From Minisyncoccia bacterium (GTDB lineage Bacteria > Patescibacteriota > Minisyncoccia > Phycocordibacterales > UBA5272): a stretch of 64,000 nucleotides of DNA. The stretch's first letter is position 1. The number at the start of each line of letters is the position of its first letter. Positions 38,057 through 47,803 of the stretch are shown here, piece by piece. Below the pieces are notes generated by a model that saw only the letters and a list, made by a program, of their open reading frames with translations, was not told where the DNA came from and did not search any database. Made by a program: the position numbers and the translations under genes. The stretch is from assembly GCA_039809325.1 (NCBI GenBank), contig JBDHUS010000001.1, positions 391 through 64,390 of the forward strand, read 5' to 3'.

Positions 38057-39451
38057 TTAATTCGAAGATACTATCCAAGTTTTGTCTATTGATATATCTT
38101 GATTATTAGAAACATTATCTTCTGAATTTCTATCTCCTTTACCAAAAACTACAAATCTAAAGAGATCTCCATTTTTAGCTTCATTTTTAATTCTTACACG
38201 TAAACGTATATTACCAGTTCCATATGCTGGTATTTGTGCAAAATCTACCTTAGAACTCTTATCCCAAACAAAAAGATTATTTTCTTCACCAAGATATCCT
38301 TCTTCTGCTAAAGAATTTTCTATATCTATATCTTTTGTTATTAATTTAGCTTGAATACTTAGATTATCTAGAGGATATGCTGTATTATTTCTATAAATCA
38401 TTTCTATAATAATTGTTTGTCCCGGACTAATATTGTTAGAAGAAAAAAGATCATTAGATATGTCAATATCTAAATATTGCCCTGATATTAGTATATTTTT
38501 CTCTACTTTAGAATAAATATTACTTATATCGAAATTATAATTATCAAAGTTTGATAGAGTATTTGTTGCAATATTTGTGCTGGTAGCATCTTCTTTTTTA
38601 ATCCCTGTAAAAAATGAAAAATTTGCAACTTCCCCTATATTGCCATCTATTTTACCAGACATTATTATATTTTTTTCAGAATTTGCTGGCAAATTATTTA
38701 TTATCCAAGATGGCACATCATTAAATGGCATTAAGGAGGATGTTGCATAAACAAAATTATGTGGATTTCTCGCTGAAATTATTAAATCTTTTATATTATC
38801 TTTTGTATTATTTTTAACAGAGATAGTAAAAGTTGCTACATGTCCTTGATGAATCTCTTTTAAAGCTTTTACATTTATAATTACAGGAGCTGATTTTAAT
38901 ACAATAGAAACAGAATTACTTTCTTTTGTAAATTCTGCTTTTGTTTTTGGTATTTTATAAAAAAGAATAGGTTTAATTTCTTTAATAGATCCTTCGCTTC
39001 CAAAAATAGAAAAATTAAAAGACTTTGTTATTGTGGTATTAGATAATATATCTCCTATTTGTATTTCTTTATTTGTTAAATTCCTACTTCCGTCAATATT
39101 TTCTCCTGAGTCATAGGTTGCCATAATATATGCTTCTGTCAGAGGTATATTATTATTATTACTTATTATTACTTCTATCTTATTATTTTCTCCGCTTGTA
39201 ATAGATCCTGGACCTGTTGAGCTTACAACTATTTTATTTTCAGAAAAAGAAGCTCCTTTATTAATAAAAGAAAAAAGTACAGCCCCACCAGCAATTAAAA
39301 ATATAAATATAGAAAATAAAAATAATTTATAAGTAAAACTTAGTTTCTTTTTAGATTTATGCTCTCCATTTATATTTAAAATATTCAAATCAGAATCTTC
39401 CCACTTCTCAGGAATGTAAGAACTATTTTGTTTCGTCTCTAAATCAATCAT
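38057..39451 (-). CDS. hypothetical membrane-anchored extracellular protein
   Basis: N-terminal TM followed by about 400 aa that is Asn/Ser/Ile-rich. Confidence 0.3.
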   Translation of the reverse strand: MIDLETKQNSSYIPEKWEDSDLNILNINGEHKSKKKLSFTYKLFLFSIFIFLIAGGAVLFSFINKGASFSENKIVVSSTGPGSITSGENNKIEVIISNNNNIPLTEAYIMATYDSGENIDGSRNLTNKEIQIGDILSNTTITKSFNFSIFGSEGSIKEIKPILFYKIPKTKAEFTKESNSVSIVLKSAPVIINVKALKEIHQGHVATFTISVKNNTKDNIKDLIISARNPHNFVYATSSLMPFNDVPSWIINNLPANSEKNIIMSGKIDGNIGEVANFSFFTGIKKEDATSTNIATNTLSNFDNYNFDISNIYSKVEKNILISGQYLDIDISNDLFSSNNISPGQTIIIEMIYRNNTAYPLDNLSIQAKLITKDIDIENSLAEEGYLGEENNLFVWDKSSKVDFAQIPAYGTGNIRLRVRIKNEAKNGDLFRFVVFGKGDRNSEDNVSNNQDISIDKTWIVSSN

Positions 39452-39463
39452 ATGTAATTATAA

Positions 39464-40048
39464 TTATATCATGCTATGATTTAGTACAAAAACAATATGC
39501 TCCTTGACTTCTTTTTCATTTAAGAGAAAGTGCGTAAAAAAATCTTTCATTTCAAAATTTTTGTATTCTATAATATCTTTCACCCCTATAACTTTTGCAT
39601 CAGCATATCCTGTGTCTACAAGCACCAAATAATAAATCAATATTTTTAACTTAAGCGGGTCCATCTGGGTAAGACCATTTGAACAAATCGTTAAAAATTT
39701 TAACTTTTCAAAAAGCTTTTTATATGTTTTCTTTTCCTCTAAGAATCTACTTATTGTTTCAGAGATTAATGATTTTATTTCAGAAAAATATTGTGAAGTG
39801 CCAAGATTTTCTTTTATCTCTTCTACCCCAGTGAGTCTCCAAATATCTTTTCCTTTTACAAGAGTCATATTTAAAAACTCATTTTTTTTAGCATTCATGC
39901 GGAGCTTGGCATTTATTTTTCTTATACTTCTTGCAAGTACAAAAATAATACCAAAATCTTTGGTCCAAACTTTATAAACAAGATCATTTTCGTCTTGTGC
40001 ATATTCTTTCAAAATAAAAGCTTCAGTTGTGTATTTTTCAATGGACAT
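39464..40048 (-). CDS. possible short RecO-like protein
   Basis: The N-terminal OB-fold-like pattern EAFILKEYAQDENDLVYKVWTKDFGIIFVLARSIRK resembles the RecO N-domain. Confidence 0.35.
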   Translation of the reverse strand: MSIEKYTTEAFILKEYAQDENDLVYKVWTKDFGIIFVLARSIRKINAKLRMNAKKNEFLNMTLVKGKDIWRLTGVEEIKENLGTSQYFSEIKSLISETISRFLEEKKTYKKLFEKLKFLTICSNGLTQMDPLKLKILIYYLVLVDTGYADAKVIGVKDIIEYKNFEMKDFFTHFLLNEKEVKEHIVFVLNHSMI

Positions 40049-43000
40049 TAATTTTCCAAGCTAATTTTTTCCTCATTTCCTTCAATAAATTTAATTATAG
40101 AAAGCTTACAATCTTTTTTTAACTCTTCTTCAAGAGATTTGATAAAATCAATCCTTTCTTTACCAGATTCTACAAATAGTACAGCAATATCGCTTGGAGT
40201 AAGATTTTTATCTTTTCTTAAATCTTTTATTTTCCTTGTTAGCTCACGATAATCACCTTCCTTTTTAAGTTCTTGTGTTATTTCTAAATCAAGAATTACA
40301 TTTTGATTTTCAAAATATTCTTTAGTATTGTCTAACAATGCCTCTTTTACATTTATTTCCTCTTTCAAAATATCAAGATATTTTTTATCTATTTTTTTAT
40401 TTATAAATAATTTTGAAAGTGGCTGACGAACTGGAATATTATTTTTTTGTCTTTGCATCAAAGCTTCTGTTACAAGAGCTCTCACCTCATCCATTTCTTC
40501 TATAACTTTTTCATCTATAACAAATATATTCTTTGGCCAAGCTTCTAAATGTGCAGATTCTTTTTTCTCTAAAGTGTATTTATTTATAGACAAATAAATT
40601 CTCTCTGCCAAAAATGGCATAAATGGAGCAATTATCTTTGAGAATTCATTGAGTATTTTGTAGAGTGTAAATTCGGCATTCATTTTCTCTTCCTCGCCAG
40701 ACTCTCCTTTTAACCTTTCACGAGATCTTCTTAGCCACCAAGTAGAAAGGTCGTCGATGAACTTTTCAAGTGGACGAGTCGCTTGATCAAGCTTATACTC
40801 ATTCATATTTTTTGTTACTATCTCTAAAACTTCGGCAACTCTTGTGAAAATCCAAATATCCATTGGATTTTCTATTTTTCTTTCTTTTGGAGGAAGTTCA
40901 ATATTTAACATTTCATAAAAACTCAAAACATTTTCTAATTTTGCCACAACTTTTTTATAAGTCTCTTCTACGTTTGCATCTGAAAATGGAATATTTTCTG
41001 CACACATTGCTGGCGACGAAAGCAGAGTCTGACGAAAAGCGTCAGCACCATATTTTTCAACTAGCACCATAGGATCAGTATAATTCCTTTTGCTCTTACT
41101 CATTTTTTCTCCATCAGCTGCCGTTAAAAGACCATTTACTATTACATTTTTATATGGAGATTTTTCAAAAATACCTACAGAAATATTTAAAAGAGAATAA
41201 AACCAACCTCTAGTTTGATCAAGGCCTTCTGCTATAAAATCAGCTGGAAAATTTTTATTAAAAATATTCTGATTTTCAAATGGATAATGAATTTGTGCCA
41301 TCGGCATAGAACCTGACTCGAACCAACAATCAAATACATCTGGGATTCTCTCCAATTCTTCTTTATTCTCTCCTAATAATTTAATATTATCTATATAAGG
41401 TTTATGAAGATTTATTTTTCCTGTTTCATCTCTTGGCACTAATTTTAAATCTAATTTTCTTATTTCTGCATTTTTAGGATAGAGTTTCGTTTCTTCTGTC
41501 AATTCATCTTCTATAAGTTTTTCTTTCGTTATAAGCTCTCCTGCAAAAGCTATCATTCTCATAGGGCCTCCATGAGTTACTATTAAAATATTTTTTCCTT
41601 CATATCTATTTTCTAATTCATATATTCCTTTCATCACTCTTTTTATCACATCATTATGTGATTCTCCTCCGCCGAGTTTTAGATCTAAATTTAAATAATT
41701 AATACCGTAATCTTTTTCTATTTCTGTATTAGGTTTTTTGCTATAAGTTCCTAGATTGATTTCTGTAAAGTGCTCATCTATTATTACTTCTTTTTCTTCT
41801 GCCATTATTTTAGCGGTTTCAAAAGCTCTAAGATACGGAGAAGATATTATTATGTCAAAATCTATACCTATTTCTTCTCTTGCTTTTTTAACCTGCTCTA
41901 TACCATTTTCTGTAAGATGATTATCTGGATCCATGTCTGTTTCCTCTATACCTAATACATTGTGTTTTGCCTCACCATGCCTCATTATATAATATTGGTT
42001 TTTTGGTTTATTAATATTTTCTTTAGCTAATTCTTCCAAAGAAGATACTATTTTTATCTCATTTCCATTTTTATTTTTCCATATAGGTATAGGAGCCCCC
42101 CAATATCTACTTCTTGATACTGCCCAATCACGTGCCCCTTCAAGCCATTTTCCAAATCTCCCATCACGAATATTTTCTGGTATCCAATTTACTTTAGAAT
42201 TCTCTTTTAATAATTCAGATTTTATTTCTGGAACTTTTATAAACCAAGAACTAGTAGCATAATTAAGAAGAGGTGTCTCACATCTCCAACATGTAGGATA
42301 AGCATGTATTAATTTTTCTTTTGCAAAAATAAGCCCTCTACTTGCTAAACTTTTTATAATTAAAATATCAGCTCCTTGATTATCGTCTTTTGTCTTAACT
42401 TTCACTCGAGGAAAATCTATGACTTCTTTTGTAAACTCTCCATTCATTTCTACATGTCTTATAACTGGTAAAGATTTTTCTTTAGATAAATTCAAATCAT
42501 CTTCTCCAAAAGCTGGAGCAATATGTACTATACCTGTCCCTGTATCCAAAGAGACAAATTCACCATTTACTATGATATAAATATTCTCTTTATTTTCTAA
42601 TTTACTATTTATGAAATAATCAAAAACTGGTTTATACTTTTTTCCAACTAATTTTTCTCCAAAAAAAGTTTCAATTATTTCTACATTCAAATTTACTTTT
42701 TTAAATACTTCTTCTGCTCTTTCTTTTGCTAGAATATAAATCTCTCCTGATTCAGCTTTAGCTTTTATATATTCAAATTTTTCATTTATGGCAAGTGCAA
42801 CATTCCCTGGAAGAGTCCACGGCGTAGTAGTCCAAGCTAAAAGAAAAGTATTTGGCTCATTTTCAAGCTCAAATTTTGCGGTTACAGAAATATCTGTTAA
42901 ATCTTTATATCCTTGCGCCACTTCAGATTGAGCAAGTGTTGTCTCACATCTTGGACAAATATGCATACTTTTATATCCTTCAAATACAAGGCCTTTTTTG

Positions 43001-43500
43001 TAAAGCTCAGAAAAAGCCCACCAGACTGACTCTGTATAATTTGGATCCATTGTGCTGTATGGATTTTCCATATCTATCCATCTACCAAATCTTGGTATTG
43101 TTTCTTTCCATTCTTTTTCATATGCAAATACACTTTCTTCTGCTTTTTTATTAAAATTATTTATTCCAAATCCTTCTATTTCTTTTTTAGAATTTAATTT
43201 AAATTTCTTTTCAATCAAATTTTCAATCGGAAGCCCATGTGTATCCCAACCCCATACACGACGAACATATTTACCATTCATGGTTTGAAATCTTGGTATT
43301 GCGTCTTTTATTGTTCCAGCTAAAAGATGGCCATGATGAGGAAGACCTGTTGCAAATGGAGGCCCGTCATAAAAAGTAAAACTTTCTGGATTTTCTACCT
43401 CACCGGGATTCTTAAGAGATTTTTCGAATATTTTATTCTCTTTCCAAAATTTTAATATCTCTAATTCTTTTTCGTTTATACTTTTGTTTTTATTATTCAT
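40048..43500 (-). CDS. ileS: isoleucine--tRNA ligase with an inserted histidine-phosphatase (PGM-like, RHG) domain; start moved to MNNKNK
   Basis: HIGH (PHHGHLLAG), WDTHGLPIE, WTTTPWTLP and KMSKS (GEKMSKSKRN). A roughly 185-aa insert (aa 520-705) carries YYIMRHGEAKHN and LIVTHGGPMR. Confidence 0.9.
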   Translation of the reverse strand: MNNKNKSINEKELEILKFWKENKIFEKSLKNPGEVENPESFTFYDGPPFATGLPHHGHLLAGTIKDAIPRFQTMNGKYVRRVWGWDTHGLPIENLIEKKFKLNSKKEIEGFGINNFNKKAEESVFAYEKEWKETIPRFGRWIDMENPYSTMDPNYTESVWWAFSELYKKGLVFEGYKSMHICPRCETTLAQSEVAQGYKDLTDISVTAKFELENEPNTFLLAWTTTPWTLPGNVALAINEKFEYIKAKAESGEIYILAKERAEEVFKKVNLNVEIIETFFGEKLVGKKYKPVFDYFINSKLENKENIYIIVNGEFVSLDTGTGIVHIAPAFGEDDLNLSKEKSLPVIRHVEMNGEFTKEVIDFPRVKVKTKDDNQGADILIIKSLASRGLIFAKEKLIHAYPTCWRCETPLLNYATSSWFIKVPEIKSELLKENSKVNWIPENIRDGRFGKWLEGARDWAVSRSRYWGAPIPIWKNKNGNEIKIVSSLEELAKENINKPKNQYYIMRHGEAKHNVLGIEETDMDPDNHLTENGIEQVKKAREEIGIDFDIIISSPYLRAFETAKIMAEEKEVIIDEHFTEINLGTYSKKPNTEIEKDYGINYLNLDLKLGGGESHNDVIKRVMKGIYELENRYEGKNILIVTHGGPMRMIAFAGELITKEKLIEDELTEETKLYPKNAEIRKLDLKLVPRDETGKINLHKPYIDNIKLLGENKEELERIPDVFDCWFESGSMPMAQIHYPFENQNIFNKNFPADFIAEGLDQTRGWFYSLLNISVGIFEKSPYKNVIVNGLLTAADGEKMSKSKRNYTDPMVLVEKYGADAFRQTLLSSPAMCAENIPFSDANVEETYKKVVAKLENVLSFYEMLNIELPPKERKIENPMDIWIFTRVAEVLEIVTKNMNEYKLDQATRPLEKFIDDLSTWWLRRSRERLKGESGEEEKMNAEFTLYKILNEFSKIIAPFMPFLAERIYLSINKYTLEKKESAHLEAWPKNIFVIDEKVIEEMDEVRALVTEALMQRQKNNIPVRQPLSKLFINKKIDKKYLDILKEEINVKEALLDNTKEYFENQNVILDLEITQELKKEGDYRELTRKIKDLRKDKNLTPSDIAVLFVESGKERIDFIKSLEEELKKDCKLSIIKFIEGNEEKISLEN

Positions 43501-43504
43501 AATT

Positions 43505-43745
43505 TTGATTGAAAATTTGTTAATAAATTCTTTAAATTTTTCTAAAATAAAAATCACCCAAAACTCTTTCAAGTTCAAGGGCGATTTTGTCGCGGTACCA
43601 CCTTGATTCCAGAAAATATTTCTGCTTCATTTATGAGGGTCTATTTGGAGCGACACCTCCGGCGTCGCCCCTTTCTTCCTCAAGCTCTGGAGTGATTAGT
43701 TCCGTCTCTGCTTTATACTTTTATTATATCAAAAAATATAAAAAT
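43505..43745 (-). promoter_or_regulatory. T-box leader upstream of ileS
   Basis: - The minus strand reads AATCAAGGTGGTACCGCGACAAAATCGCCCTTG, matching the T-box consensus AAUNAGGGUGGNACCGCG with its antiterminator.
- The competing terminator is AAAATCGCCC...GGGTGATTTT followed by a U-run.
- An AUC (Ile) triplet followed by A lies upstream (CUAAUCACU). Confidence 0.55.
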
Positions 43746-43751
43746 ACAAAA

Positions 43752-44177
43752 TTAAAAATCTTTTACATGTTCATACACTTTAGAATATTTTGACGTGACA
43801 AATCCATGTTTTTTATAAAAATTTAAAGATTCTTCAGTAGCATTTAAGAAAATCCATTTCAATCCTGCACCTTTTACCTTTTCCTCAAAATATTTTAAAA
43901 GCTGGCCACCAAGACCCATACCTGTCTTTTCTGGAACTGTCGCAATATACCAAAGTATACAGCCTCCATGTAAAAGCTTTTCAGAAATCAAGACAGAAAC
44001 TAAAATATCTTTATCAAAAAGTCCTAAGGCAAAAGCTTTTTCTTCTTGTCTTCCTCTTATCAAATCTCCAACCCATCCAGAACTAGGAAGCTCACCATCC
44101 GCATATCGCAATGTATCTTGATTTAATATTTTTAAAACATTATCTAAATCTTGTAGTGTTAAATTTTTTATTTCCAT
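43752..44177 (-). CDS. GNAT family N-acetyltransferase
   Basis: Acetyl-CoA binding motif GMGLGGQLLKYFEEKVK...KHGF. Confidence 0.7.
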   Translation of the reverse strand: MEIKNLTLQDLDNVLKILNQDTLRYADGELPSSGWVGDLIRGRQEEKAFALGLFDKDILVSVLISEKLLHGGCILWYIATVPEKTGMGLGGQLLKYFEEKVKGAGLKWIFLNATEESLNFYKKHGFVTSKYSKVYEHVKDF

Positions 44178-44181
44178 TTTT

Positions 44182-45984
44182 TTACATCCTCTCCACCTCT
44201 TCTATACCAATAGTATTTAAGCTAGACTTAAATACTTTCAAGAAATATTTTACTAAAATAATATTTGAATTTGTTTCTTTTTTATCCTCAGAAATAATTT
44301 TTTCTTTTCCATAAAAAGTATTAAAAGCTTGAGCAAGTTCAAAAAGATACTTTACTACAAGTTGTGGTGACAATTCTTCTATCCCTCTTTTAATAATCGA
44401 CTCTGACTCTATTAACTTTTTATATAAAGGTAGAGAATTTATAGAAATACTTTTTACTTCTTCATTAAAATCATTATTCACTTTTTCTAAAATAGAATTT
44501 GCTCTTGCATATGTATAAAGAAGATATGGACCAGTATTCCCTTCGAAATTAAGAGAATTCTCTAAGTCAAAATCTATACTGAGTCCTGGCTTTGATTTTA
44601 ATATTACTACTTTTAATGCTGATAATGATATATTTTTTATTAAATTATTTTTCTGTATTTCATTTAAATCTTTTGTTTTCTCCCCAAGTCTTTCTTCTAC
44701 TTTTTTATTTACCATTCCAAGCAATTCTTCTACTTTAAGTACATTTCCAAGTCTACTAGAGATTCTTTCTCCTTTTAAATTAAGTCTGCCGTGTGGTATA
44801 TGATTACTTTTTTCTGCTATTTCAGCATAAACACCTCCTAATTCTTTTGCTACTTGAAGAACTATATTAAAATGTGGCACTTGCTCTATATCTGTTATAA
44901 AAATATTATAATCAAAAGGAAAATACCCATATTTAAGATCGATTAAGCCCAAATCTTTTGCTTCATATGTTGGATGTCCTTCACTATTTATAAAAATACT
45001 TTTTATAGTTTCATCGCTCTCTTTATTTTTTAATTTTTTAGTATCAAAAAACACAGCTCCATTTTCACCTATTTTAAATATTTCTTGGCTCTCTGGTTTA
45101 TTTAAATTTTCTTTTACTATTTCTTCTCCTCTTATTCCAGCTTCTGATTCATAAATAAAATAATCGAAATGACTACCTAAATTCTCTAAAATATTTTTAA
45201 AATAATTTATATTTATATCTTTTGCTTTTTGAAATATTTGATAGTCTTCTGTTTCAGAATTTCTTTCAAAAAGATTTCTAGCAACTAATTTTATTTCGTC
45301 TTGTTTATCAGGATTTTCTTCGTAAAATTTTACCCCTTCTACATATGCATCACCCAATATATTTATAATATTCTGATTAAAAAAAGACCAATTCTTTTTA
45401 TTTTTTAATATATATATTGCTTTTGCAATACCGACAGAAATATCTGAAGGAAAAGACACAATTCGCATATCGCTACCACTTTTCTTTATCATAGAAACTA
45501 TAGCTTCACCTATAATATTATTCATAAGATGCCCGATATGAAATGGCTTAAAAAGATTTGGAGAAGAATGTTCTATTAAGATTTTTTTATCTGAAAATTT
45601 TGTTTCTATAAATTTTAAATCAGAAATTCTCTTTACTTCCTTAATCAAAAATTCTTCTTTTAAAGAAAAATTTATAAATCCATTTGGAGCAAGAGAGACT
45701 TCTTTTATGATTTTTGAAAAATTATTTTCATTATTATTTAAATTAAAATTAATCTCTTTTATAATTTCCTCCCCTATAACCTTTGGAGTTTTTCCAACTT
45801 TCTTTGCCAGAGTTAAAGCTATATTTGTAGCCACATCTCCAAATTTACTATTAACTTCATCTATAAATGAAACATCAAATTTAAATTTTTCCACTTCTTC
45901 TCCATCAGTTTCTTCAGAAGTTAAATAGCTTAGCCTGTAAGCAATATAAGAAAGTTCATTTTTTAAGTTTTCTAGCAATGTCAT
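44182..45984 (-). CDS. argS: arginine--tRNA ligase
   Basis: HIGH (PFHIGHLMN) and a C-terminal DALR-type anticodon-binding region; 600 aa. Confidence 0.9.
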   Translation of the reverse strand: MTLLENLKNELSYIAYRLSYLTSEETDGEEVEKFKFDVSFIDEVNSKFGDVATNIALTLAKKVGKTPKVIGEEIIKEINFNLNNNENNFSKIIKEVSLAPNGFINFSLKEEFLIKEVKRISDLKFIETKFSDKKILIEHSSPNLFKPFHIGHLMNNIIGEAIVSMIKKSGSDMRIVSFPSDISVGIAKAIYILKNKKNWSFFNQNIINILGDAYVEGVKFYEENPDKQDEIKLVARNLFERNSETEDYQIFQKAKDININYFKNILENLGSHFDYFIYESEAGIRGEEIVKENLNKPESQEIFKIGENGAVFFDTKKLKNKESDETIKSIFINSEGHPTYEAKDLGLIDLKYGYFPFDYNIFITDIEQVPHFNIVLQVAKELGGVYAEIAEKSNHIPHGRLNLKGERISSRLGNVLKVEELLGMVNKKVEERLGEKTKDLNEIQKNNLIKNISLSALKVVILKSKPGLSIDFDLENSLNFEGNTGPYLLYTYARANSILEKVNNDFNEEVKSISINSLPLYKKLIESESIIKRGIEELSPQLVVKYLFELAQAFNTFYGKEKIISEDKKETNSNIILVKYFLKVFKSSLNTIGIEEVERM

Positions 45985-46049
45985 AAATATCTATACATTT
46001 TAACAAAATAAGAGACAAAAGAAAACTAAAAATAACTTTCCAAAATCAG

Positions 46050-46126
46050 TATAAAATGATAGTATAAGCGAGATAGCTTGCCATTTGGCATAGCAAAAAA
46101 AAATTGCTCATTTAAAAAATTTAAAA
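46050..46126 (+). promoter_or_regulatory. thyA promoter/leader module (TGaTAGTAT ... ATTGCTCATTTAAAAAATTTAAAA), duplicated before folA
   Basis: The 32-nt sequence ending in ATGAAAAA is identical at 46103-46134 and 47141-47172. Confidence 0.5.
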
Positions 46127-47059
46127 ATGAAAAAAGAAAAAGACTTATTAAAAAAGTATGGTTGGGAATATCCCTATCTATACGGTATGCAATTAGCAAT
46201 GAAAGGCAACCGTAGAGAAACCAGAAACGGTGTTACATATGCTAAATTTGTACACCAAATGAGATTTGATCTTAAAAAAGGTTTTCCACTTTTAACTACC
46301 AAAGAAGTAAACTTTGATTTAGTAAAGGCTGAACTGCTTTGGTTTATAGAAGGTGGAAGAAAACCAAACAAGTCTCGCGGAGAGATATACAGAAGACTTT
46401 CTACTCATCGCCTTTCTGAAATATACGGTAAAAAAGCCAGTATATGGGATGGTGATGCAGAGAATCTGAAAAAGAGAGGCTTGTCTCAATTTGATGGAGA
46501 CTGTGGACCGATTTATGGTGCTCAGTGGAGACTTTGGAGAAAACCAGATGGAAGCTATGAGGATCAAATTGCAGAATTAATAACCAAATTAAAATCTGAC
46601 TATACTGGTCGTTATGCAAAAGTAACAGCCTGGAATCCTGGAGAAATAAAAGAGATGTCTCTCCCATCATGCCACACTGACTTTCAATGCTTCGTAAGAG
46701 AAGAAAAAGGAAAATACTATCTCTCTCTTCATATGAACCAAAGAAGCTGTGACGTGTTTCTCGGTGTGCCTTTCAACATTGCGAGCTATGCTTTACTAGC
46801 CATTATGATTGCTCAAGTGTGTGAATATGAAATTGATGAACTTATAATCACATTAAATGATTATCATGTGTATGAAAAACATTTGGAAGCTGTAAAAACC
46901 CAGCTGAGCCGCACACCTCACAGGTTTCGTCCAAAGTTGTGGCTAAATCCTGATGTGAAAGACATAGATTCTTTTACTATGGATGATATTCAAATATTGA
47001 ATTATTATCCACAGAAAAAAATTAAAGCCGAACTTTTGACAGCCAATGTCAAAAAATAA
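46127..47059 (+). CDS. thyA: thymidylate synthase
   Basis: [36 protein letters not shown] and the active-site PSCH motif. Confidence 0.9.
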   Translation: MKKEKDLLKKYGWEYPYLYGMQLAMKGNRRETRNGVTYAKFVHQMRFDLKKGFPLLTTKEVNFDLVKAELLWFIEGGRKPNKSRGEIYRRLSTHRLSEIYGKKASIWDGDAENLKKRGLSQFDGDCGPIYGAQWRLWRKPDGSYEDQIAELITKLKSDYTGRYAKVTAWNPGEIKEMSLPSCHTDFQCFVREEKGKYYLSLHMNQRSCDVFLGVPFNIASYALLAIMIAQVCEYEIDELIITLNDYHVYEKHLEAVKTQLSRTPHRFRPKLWLNPDVKDIDSFTMDDIQILNYYPQKKIKAELLTANVKK

Positions 47060-47063
47060 ACAT

Positions 47064-47099
47064 TATTCCTTTCAAGAAATTGAAAGGAATTTTTATTTG
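47064..47099 (+). terminator. terminator after thyA
   Basis: ATTCCTTTCAA-GAAA-TTGAAAGGAAT followed by a T-run. Confidence 0.6.
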
Positions 47100-47112
47100 C
47101 CACCACAAATTT

Positions 47113-47164
47113 AAAATGTTAGTATATTTTTAGAAAAAAGATTGCTCATTTAAAAAATTTAAAA
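47113..47164 (+). promoter_or_regulatory. folA promoter/leader module (duplicate of the thyA module)
   Basis: TGTTAGTAT followed by ATTGCTCATTTAAAAAATTTAAAA immediately before the ATG. Confidence 0.5.
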
Positions 47165-47713
47165 ATGAAAAAGTTAAAAATCATTGTAGCTATGGATAAA
47201 AATGGAGTTATAGGTCATGGAGATAAAATCCCTTGGATTTTAGCTGATGACTACAAACAAAATTTTGTCCCCAAAACAACTGGATGTCCTGTAATAATGG
47301 GAAGAAAAACAGCGGAAACATTACCTAGTTCACTAAAAAATAGAACTAATATTGTCGTAAGCAGCAAGGGATACTTACAAATTAACGGTAAATTTAAATT
47401 TTTCCTTACCAATAATATTTGGGATGCTCTATTTGTTGTAGCCAACGAATCAAATGGAGATACTATGTGGTGCATTGGCGGTGCACAAATATACAAAGAA
47501 TTTGAAACAAACTTTACAATTGATGAATACCACATCACTTATGTTGACGGAGAATTTGAATCTCCTTTTGGAGTAGAAGAAATTATTTTTAATCCAAATT
47601 TAAATGGATATAAGATTATTTCCGAAACTTCTTTTAAGAAAAGACCACCAAATCCCGAATTAAAAGACAGAGGTAATAGCCATGACTTTAAAGTTGTAGT
47701 TTATTCACTTTAA
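47165..47713 (+). CDS. folA: dihydrofolate reductase
   Basis: IIVAMDKNGVIGHGDKIPW, PVIMGRKT and a DHFR fold-sized protein (182 aa). Confidence 0.85.
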   Translation: MKKLKIIVAMDKNGVIGHGDKIPWILADDYKQNFVPKTTGCPVIMGRKTAETLPSSLKNRTNIVVSSKGYLQINGKFKFFLTNNIWDALFVVANESNGDTMWCIGGAQIYKEFETNFTIDEYHITYVDGEFESPFGVEEIIFNPNLNGYKIISETSFKKRPPNPELKDRGNSHDFKVVVYSL

Positions 47714-47716
47714 AGT

Positions 47717-47758
47717 TAAATCCCTTTCAAAACAAATTTGAAAGGGATTTTTTATTTT
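47717..47758 (+). terminator. terminator after folA
   Basis: AAATCCCTTTCAAA-ACAA-ATTTGAAAGGGATTT followed by a T-run. Confidence 0.6.
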
Positions 47759-47760
47759 CT

Positions 47761-47799
47761 AAATTAAAAAAACAAAATCGCCTTTTGGCGAATTTTGTT
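47761..47799 (-). terminator. terminator after rplK
   Basis: ACAAAATCGCC-TTTTG-GCGAATTTTGT with a T-run on the minus strand. Confidence 0.5.
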
Positions 47800-47803
47800 T
47801 TTG

